From contig CBDTXM010000001.1 in NCBI GenBank assembly GCA_965364445.1, forward strand, positions 1 through 53,949: a stretch of DNA of 53,949 bases. Reading direction: 5' to 3'. Shown in pieces: positions 47,562 to 53,949 of this stretch. Position 1 is the stretch's first letter; each line of letters begins with the position of its first letter. Below the pieces are notes generated by a model. That model did not search any database and had not been told where the DNA came from. It saw only the letters and a list, made by a program, of their open reading frames with translations. The stretch comes from an uncultured bacterium (GTDB lineage Bacteria; Gemmatimonadota; Gemmatimonadetes; Palauibacterales; Palauibacteraceae). Made by a program: the position numbers and the translations under genes.

Positions 47562-48469
47562 AGCTCGAGGGCGTTTACCTTCCTGTCACCACCCCGTTCG
47601 ACGCCGGCCACGGGGAGCTGGACCTCGATGGATTCGCTCGGAATCTCGCTGCGTGGGGTCGGTATCCGGTCGCTGGCTACGTCATCGCCGGGTCGACGGG
47701 GGAAGCGCCGCTGCTGACCGACGCGGAAATCGTGGCGCTCACGGGCCGTGCCCGCGAAGAAGTCGGCGAATCCGCCAGCGTGCTGACGGGCACGGGCCTG
47801 GAGTCCACACGCGCGACGATCCGTCTCGGGCGCGAGGCAGCCGCGGCAGGCGCGGAGGCACTGCTCGTCAGGCCTCCATCCTACTACAAGGGCCGAATGA
47901 CGCCCGAGGCGCTTCGGGTACATTTCCTCGAAGTGGCGGACGCCTCGCCCGTTCCGATCGTGCTCTACCACGTGCCGAAATTCGTGCCGGTGGGGCTGGA
48001 GCCGGATCTCGTGGCCGAGCTGGCAGGACACGACAACATCATCGGGATCAAGGACTCTTCGGGCGACATCCACGGGCTCGGCGCGCTGTGCACTGCATGC
48101 GCCGACAGGGCGACGGTGCTGGTCGGGGCCGGCACTCACCTCTACTCGGGGCTCGAGATCGGGGCCGCCGGAGGAATCGTGGCAGTCGGATTGCTGGCCA
48201 CGGAAGCCACCACCGGGCTGTTCCAGGCCTGGCGTGACGGGAGGGGATCCGAGGCCGGACGAATGCAGGAACGGATCGGACCTCTTCACAAGAGGGTCGT
48301 CGGCGCGACCGGCGTACCCGGGATCAAGCATGCCCTGGATCTTCTGGGCCGGGTCGGCGGACGACCCCGTTCCCCACTGATATCTCCATCCGAAGCCGTT
48401 CGCGCGGATGTGGCCGAGGCCCTGGTGGCCGCCGGTCTCATCGAGCGTGACCCGGCGACCGGAGGCTGA
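47558..48469 (+). CDS. dapA: Dihydrodipicolinate synthase family protein (DapA-like class I aldolase)
   Basis: AGSTGE motif, YHVP, and Schiff-base lysine context IGIKDSSGD. ATGA overlap with pilT. Exact substrate specificity within the DHDPS/NAL family is not resolvable by eye. Confidence 0.8.
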   Translation: MKLEGVYLPVTTPFDAGHGELDLDGFARNLAAWGRYPVAGYVIAGSTGEAPLLTDAEIVALTGRAREEVGESASVLTGTGLESTRATIRLGREAAAAGAEALLVRPPSYYKGRMTPEALRVHFLEVADASPVPIVLYHVPKFVPVGLEPDLVAELAGHDNIIGIKDSSGDIHGLGALCTACADRATVLVGAGTHLYSGLEIGAAGGIVAVGLLATEATTGLFQAWRDGRGSEAGRMQERIGPLHKRVVGATGVPGIKHALDLLGRVGGRPRSPLISPSEAVRADVAEALVAAGLIERDPATGG

Positions 48470-49769
<1,300 letters not shown>

Positions 49770-49777
<8 letters not shown>

Positions 49778-49798
49778 TCCCGATTTCCGCTTTATACT
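49770..49798 (+). promoter_or_regulatory. Sigma-70-like promoter candidate TTGCCT-N17-TATACT
   Basis: Read directly. The -35 element (49770-49775) matches 4/6, the spacer is 17 nt, and the -10 element (49793-49798) matches 5/6. This is the only AT-rich hexamer in a GC-rich gap, and it straddles the purA stop codon. Confidence 0.35.
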
Positions 49799-49847
49799 TC
49801 TAGGCTCTCGGATTCCCGGGTCGCGGAGCGCGGCCCGGCGTCCGACG

Positions 49848-49887
49848 GACGCGAGCGCGGCAACGCGACGGCGCGTCTTTTGATTTT
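49848..49887 (+). terminator. Intrinsic terminator: GACGCG-AG-CGCG-GCAA-CGCG-ACGG-CGCGTC followed by TTTTGATTTT
   Basis: Read directly. It has a two-tier GC stem capped by a GNRA-type GCAA loop, followed immediately by a T-rich tract. It lies 70 nt after the purA stop. Confidence 0.6.
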
Positions 49888-49937
49888 CGGGGACGTTTGC
49901 GTCCGACGGTCGAGAAGACGGGAAGAGGGCGAGGCGG

Positions 49938-51284
49938 ATGTTCGAGCAACTGGGCGAGCGCCTGGAAGGCGTGTTTCGCGGGTTCCGCAGCCGGGGGGTT
50001 CTGACCGCCCCGATGCTGCGCGAGGGCCTGCGCGAAGTTCGCCGCGCACTGCTCGAGGCCGATGTCAACTTCCACGTCGCCAAGGACTTCCTGAAGCGCG
50101 TGGAAGAGCGGGCCGTCGGAGAGGACGTCCTGAAGTCGGTCAAGCCGGGCGAGCAGGTCGTCAAGATCGTGCACGACGAGCTGATCGAGGTGCTCGGAGG
50201 GGAGCAGGCGTCCGCATTTCGTGAGGCCACAGTGCCTCCGACGGTCGTGATGCTGGTCGGGCTTCAGGGGTCCGGGAAGACGACCAGCGCCGGGAAGCTG
50301 GCTCTGCGACTGCTGCGAGACGGAAAGCGGCCGCTGCTGGTGGCTTGCGACCCGTACCGGCCGGCGGCTGGAGAGCAGCTCGCGACGCTCGGAGCCTCGA
50401 TCGATGTCCCGGTCGCGTTCGAGCCCGGTGAGAAGGACGTCGTCGCCATCGCGACACGAGCGGTGGACGCGGCGCGGCGCGAGGGGCGCAGTCACGTGAT
50501 CCTCGACACCGCGGGCCGATTGCAGGCCGATGCGGAATTGATGGACGAGATCGCGCGCTTGCGGACGGCCCTGAGTCCGGACGAAGTGCTGTTCGTCGCC
50601 GACGGAATGACCGGACAGGAAGCCGTAAGGATCGCCGAGGGATTCAACGAGGCGGTCGGGATCACGGGCGTGATCCTCACCAAGATGGATGGCGACGCCA
50701 GGGGCGGCGCCGCTCTGTCGATTCATGGTGTGATCGGCGTCCCCGTGAAGTTCGTCGGTGTCGGCGAGAAGGTAGAGGACCTGACCCCGTTCGATCCGAA
50801 ACGGATGGCGGGAAGGATCCTCCAGATGGGGGACATCGTCGGGCTCGTCGAGAAGGCGCAGCAGACGATCGACGTCGAGACGAGCCAGCGGCTCGAGAAG
50901 AAAGTCCTCGGAGGTCAGGAGTTCGACCTCGAGGATTTCCTGCAGGCGATGCAGCAGATCCAGAAGATGGGTCCGCTGGAAGGCCTGCTGAAGATGATTC
51001 CGGGCGTGAAGCCGAAGATGCTCGACGGGGTCGAAGTGGACCCGAAGCGCATCCGGCACATGGAGGCGATCGTGCTCTCCATGACCCCGGAGGAACGGAA
51101 GCGTCCCGAGATGTTGAACGGGTCGCGCCGGGCGAGGGTCGCCCGGGGATCCGGCAGACCGGTTCACGAGGTGAACCGACTGCTCAAGCAGTTCAAGGAG
51201 ATGCGGAAGACGATGAAGCAGATGCGAAAGCTCGCGCCCCGTCTCGCGGCGGGTGGCGGCGGGCTCGACGGTCTGCTTCGCTGA
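49938..51284 (+). CDS. ffh: Signal recognition particle protein Ffh
   Basis: MFEQLGERLEGVFRGFRSRG, GLQGSGKTTSAGKLA, DTAGRL, TKMDGDARGGAALS, and an M domain with a Met-rich segment. Confidence 0.97.
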   Translation: MFEQLGERLEGVFRGFRSRGVLTAPMLREGLREVRRALLEADVNFHVAKDFLKRVEERAVGEDVLKSVKPGEQVVKIVHDELIEVLGGEQASAFREATVPPTVVMLVGLQGSGKTTSAGKLALRLLRDGKRPLLVACDPYRPAAGEQLATLGASIDVPVAFEPGEKDVVAIATRAVDAARREGRSHVILDTAGRLQADAELMDEIARLRTALSPDEVLFVADGMTGQEAVRIAEGFNEAVGITGVILTKMDGDARGGAALSIHGVIGVPVKFVGVGEKVEDLTPFDPKRMAGRILQMGDIVGLVEKAQQTIDVETSQRLEKKVLGGQEFDLEDFLQAMQQIQKMGPLEGLLKMIPGVKPKMLDGVEVDPKRIRHMEAIVLSMTPEERKRPEMLNGSRRARVARGSGRPVHEVNRLLKQFKEMRKTMKQMRKLAPRLAAGGGGLDGLLR

Positions 51285-51338
51285 CTCTTTCGAGACATTC
51301 GGAGCCGGCGAAAGCCCGGAAAAGGACGACGTACAGGC

Positions 51339-52112
51339 ATGCCCACGACGATTCGACTTCAGCGCACCGGCCGGAAGGCACAGGCCTCGTTCCGCATCGT
51401 CGTCTCCGACTCTGCCGAGTCGCGTGACGGTCCGGCGATCGAGACGATCGGTACTTACAACCCACGGACTCGCCCCTCCCTGATCCGACTCGACGCCGCA
51501 GCGGCCCTGAACTGGCTGCACGAAGGCGCGGCTCCGAGCGACACGGTGGTTTCGATTTTCCGCCAGACGGGCGTCTGGGAGAAGTTCAAGGCCGGCGCCA
51601 CCGCGGATTCTCTCGAAGAAACCGTGATCGAGCTCGGTCCGCCGGAGGGACAGCGAGGCACCTCTCGCCGTGCCGAGTTCGCCGCCGAGGCGCAGAAGGA
51701 AGCCGCGAAGCGCCGCGTGGAGGAGAAGGCCGCAGCCGAGGCAGCCGCGAAGAAGGCTGCCGCCGACGCGGCCGCGGCGAAGAAGGCTGAAGAAGAAGCC
51801 GCGAAGGCTGCCGCCGAGGCGGAGGAAGCCGAAGAGCCGGCGGCCGAGGTGGAGGACGCCGAGGAGCCGGTAGCGGAAGCCGCTGACGAGCCGGCGGACG
51901 AGGCCGCTGCTGAGGAGCCGACGGCCGAAGCCGCCGAGGCGGAGGAAGCCGAAGAGCCGGCGGCCGAAGCGGAAGAGGCCGAGGAGCCGTCTGCCGAGGC
52001 GGAAGTAGAAGAGCCGGCCGCGGAGACGGAGGAAGCCGAAGAGCCGGTTGCCGAGGCGGAAGAAGCAACCGAAGAGCCCGCCGACGAAGCGGAAGAAGAG
52101 AAGAAGGACTGA
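51339..52112 (+). CDS. rpsP: 30S ribosomal protein S16 with a C-terminal Ala/Glu/Lys low-complexity extension of about 170 aa
   Basis: The S16 core is MPTTIRLQRTGRKAQASFRIVVSDSAESRDGPAIETIGTYNPR...NWLHEGAAPSDTV. It is followed by an AEAEEAEEPAAE-type repeat tail. It heads the rpsP-rimM-trmD-rplS operon order. Confidence 0.9.
   Translation: MPTTIRLQRTGRKAQASFRIVVSDSAESRDGPAIETIGTYNPRTRPSLIRLDAAAALNWLHEGAAPSDTVVSIFRQTGVWEKFKAGATADSLEETVIELGPPEGQRGTSRRAEFAAEAQKEAAKRRVEEKAAAEAAAKKAAADAAAAKKAEEEAAKAAAEAEEAEEPAAEVEDAEEPVAEAADEPADEAAAEEPTAEAAEAEEAEEPAAEAEEAEEPSAEAEVEEPAAETEEAEEPVAEAEEATEEPADEAEEEKKD
51811..51967 (+). repeat. Exact 37-nt direct repeat (CCGCCGAGGCGGAGGAAGCCGAAGAGCCGGCGGCCGA) at 51811-51847 and 51931-51967, inside the rpsP tail
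   Basis: Read directly from the sequence. Copy starts are 120 nt apart, in frame, and both encode AAEAEEAEEPAAE. Confidence 0.85.
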
Positions 52113-52149
52113 GTCTTCCCGCTCTGGTGGCCTGGAACGGCGCTCGATC

Positions 52150-52668
52150 ATGGACCGGATCGTCGTAGGACGTCTCGGGAAGGCACACGGGCTGGCGGGT
52201 GAGATTCTCGTGATTCCCGAGACGGGAGACCCGGAAATGATATTCATCCCGGGACGGGAGTTCGGGCTGACCGGGTCGGCGACGGCAAGCGGCACGGGAA
52301 CGTTGACTCTGCAGGCGGCGCGACCCCACAAGGGCGGCTACCTGCTGAGCTTCGAGGAGATCGGCGATCGCGACCGGGCCGAGGCAGTCAAGGGACGGGA
52401 GATCACCGTCCCGGGGGACACGCTGCGGCCGCTGGAGGAGAACGAGTTCTTCCTCCACGAGCTCGTCGGATTCGAGGTCCTTCGGGAAGACGACGAGCGG
52501 GTGGGAGAGGTCATCGAGGTCTATGAACTCGGAGACCAGTTGCTCCTCGGAATCGAAGTGGGCGGAAGCGAGAAGCTGATTCCGTTCAACCGCGAACTGG
52601 TTCGGTCGGTGGATCGGGAAGCCGGACGGATCCGCGTCGATCCGCCTCCGGGCCTGCTGGAGTTGTAG
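52150..52668 (+). CDS. rimM: Ribosome maturation factor RimM
   Basis: MDRIVVGRLGKAHGLAGEILV N-terminus with a PRC-barrel C-terminal part. The track start at 52048 overlaps rpsP. Confidence 0.9.
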   Translation: MDRIVVGRLGKAHGLAGEILVIPETGDPEMIFIPGREFGLTGSATASGTGTLTLQAARPHKGGYLLSFEEIGDRDRAEAVKGREITVPGDTLRPLEENEFFLHELVGFEVLREDDERVGEVIEVYELGDQLLLGIEVGGSEKLIPFNRELVRSVDREAGRIRVDPPPGLLEL

Positions 52669-52709
52669 CCCCGGACGGACGAAGACGGCAAAGGAAACCG
52701 GGAGAGACC

Positions 52710-53387
52710 GTGCGGATCAACGTCGTGACGATCTTCCCGGACTTCTTCGAAGCGCCGCTCGGGACGAGCATCCCGGGTCGGGCGGAGACGGCCGGACTCG
52801 TCCGATACCGTGTCGTGGACCTGCGTGACTTCACGCACGACCGGCACCGGACGGTGGACGACGAGCCGTATGGAGGCGGGGCCGGCATGGTGATGAAGCC
52901 GGAGCCGTTCTTCGAAGCGGTGGACGCGCTGGAACCGGCGGGACCGATCGTCCTGCTCAGTCCGCGCGGCCGTCGATTCGACCATGAGACCGCCGTGCGG
53001 TACTCGCTGGAGCCGGAACTGACGCTGCTGTGCGGCCACTACAAGGGCGTGGACGAGCGGGTGGCGACCGGCCTGGCGACGGAGGAGCTGTCGATCGGCG
53101 ACTACGTTCTTTCGGGCGGTGAGCCGGCGGCACTGGTGGTGGTCGATGCCGTGGTCCGGCTGCTGCCGGGTGCGATGAGCGACCACGAATCGGCGGCTGG
53201 AGACTCGTTCTACGACGGGCTCCTGGCGCCGCCGGCCTTCACGAGGCCGGCCGAGTACAGGGGCATGAGGGTCCCGGACGTGCTCCGGTCGGGCGACCAC
53301 CGGCGCGTGGCCGAGTGGCGACACGAGGAAGCCGAGAAGATCACGCGGCTTCGCAGACCGGAATTGCTGGACACGGAGGAGTGCTGA
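52710..53387 (+). CDS. trmD: tRNA (guanine37-N1)-methyltransferase TrmD
   Basis: GTG start. INVVTIFPDFF, DDEPYGGGAGMVM, LLCGHYKGVDERV, SIGDYVLSGGE, and LRSGDH. Confidence 0.95.
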   Translation: MRINVVTIFPDFFEAPLGTSIPGRAETAGLVRYRVVDLRDFTHDRHRTVDDEPYGGGAGMVMKPEPFFEAVDALEPAGPIVLLSPRGRRFDHETAVRYSLEPELTLLCGHYKGVDERVATGLATEELSIGDYVLSGGEPAALVVVDAVVRLLPGAMSDHESAAGDSFYDGLLAPPAFTRPAEYRGMRVPDVLRSGDHRRVAEWRHEEAEKITRLRRPELLDTEEC

Positions 53388-53388
53388 T

Positions 53389-53408
53389 CGGAGGGTCGCG
53401 ACCCTCCG
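53389..53408. promoter_or_regulatory. Perfect 20-nt palindrome CGGAGGGTCG|CGACCCTCCG directly after the trmD stop
   Basis: Read directly. It begins 2 nt after TGA 53385-53387 and ends 86 nt upstream of the rplS start. It could fold as a stem of about 8 bp in RNA or act as a dyad DNA site. Confidence 0.35.
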
Positions 53409-53493
53409 CAGCCGAAGGGTGACTGACAGAGGCCGGAACGACGATTAGATTCATGGGCTGACCCGTATCGGCGGCCCCGGAAGGAGCGGTACA

Positions 53494-53949
53494 GTGGATC
53501 CGAGAATCGCGGAAATCGAGAAGCAGCAGGTTCGTTCCGACCTGCCCGCCTTCGCACCGGGCGATACCGTCCGGGTGATGGTGCGGGTGAAGGAGGGACA
53601 GAAGGAGCGCATCCAGGCGTTCGAGGGGATCTGCATCGCCCGCCGGGGAGCCGGCCTGAATGCGACCTTCACCGTCCGGAAGATCTCCGGTGGCGTCGGA
53701 GTCGAGCGGATCTTCCCCGATCACTCGCCATCGATCGCCGGGATCGAAGTCGTCCGCCGCGGACACGTGCGGCGGGCCAAGCTCTATTATCTGCGCGAGC
53801 GTCGTGGTAAGCGGGCGCGGGTGCGAGAGCGGCGCTGGTGGGAGGGCGGCAACGTGGCTCCCGCGGCTCCGACCCCGGCGGAAGTCGTCGAGGCCGCCGC
53901 CGAGATCGCCGAGGAGGAGGTCACCGTGGCTCCCGATGCGGCCGTGGAA
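53494..53949 (+). CDS. rplS: 50S ribosomal protein L19 (3'-partial; runs off the window) with an acidic C-terminal extension
   Basis: Absent from the ORF track because no stop is reached. My manual translation from GTG 53494 gives [106 protein letters not shown], a textbook L19. GGAAGGAG RBS upstream. Confidence 0.9.
   Translation, partial: MDPRIAEIEKQQVRSDLPAFAPGDTVRVMVRVKEGQKERIQAFEGICIARRGAGLNATFTVRKISGGVGVERIFPDHSPSIAGIEVVRRGHVRRAKLYYLRERRGKRARVRERRWWEGGNVAPAAPTPAEVVEAAAEIAEEEVTVAPDAAVE

Noticed and set aside
49778-49937. Possible SRP (4.5S) RNA gene next to ffh
   Set aside because: The gap lacks the conserved SRP RNA domain IV core (the symmetric and asymmetric loops around a GGAA/GNAR tetraloop with AGG...AGCA-type motifs). 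The structure looks like a plain terminator. It is kept only as a leader or sRNA candidate in the findings.
51680-52109. Periodic GAGGAAGCCGAAGAGCCGG-type repeats as a CRISPR array or non-coding tandem repeat
   Set aside because: The repeats are in frame within the rpsP ORF and encode Ala/Glu/Pro units. They have no spacer-repeat architecture and are a coding low-complexity tail.

Overview
This is a visibly high-GC window (about two-thirds G+C by eye, not computed) from a diderm bacterium; it encodes an Omp85/TamB pair. The phylum cannot be assigned from sequence alone. The window is an almost unbroken run of core housekeeping genes. About 48 CDS are supportable, and all are on the + strand except a queE/suhB-like pair at 42.7-44.3 kb. 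Gene order: M16 peptidase pair, NUDIX, ECF sigma/anti-sigma, holA, SPOR protein, mutS, TonB_C lipoprotein, cysK-like, ddl, rhomboid, EF-G paralogue, yebC-ruvCAB, queA-tgt-yajC, def-fmt, thiE/S/G, rsmB, PASTA protein, YbbR protein, tsaD, lgt, Omp85 + TamB, lipid kinase, lysA, uvrA, a PspA cluster, trpS-dehydrogenase-pilT-dapA-purA, ffh, and rpsP-rimM-trmD-rplS (rplS runs off the 3' end). Packing is extreme, with many ATGA/GTGA start-stop overlaps, and no intergenic gap exceeds about 200 bp. I found no tRNA, rRNA, CRISPR array, transposase, integrase or obvious defence island. I therefore do not see a clear, large undescribed system. The most interesting items are: (i) a kinase-less 3xPASTA membrane protein coupled to an orphan YbbR protein; (ii) a small-TM-coiled-coil / YbbjN-type (YbjN-like) / PspA trio; (iii) an in-frame thiE-thiS reading frame with no canonical start and no room for a TPP riboswitch; (iv) long acidic Ala/Glu tails on S16 and L19; (v) a promoter-plus-terminator arrangement upstream of ffh, plus several perfect hairpins in the few intergenic gaps. 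The many long antisense ORFs in the track are high-GC artefacts. All domain calls come from reading motifs by eye; no searches were run.
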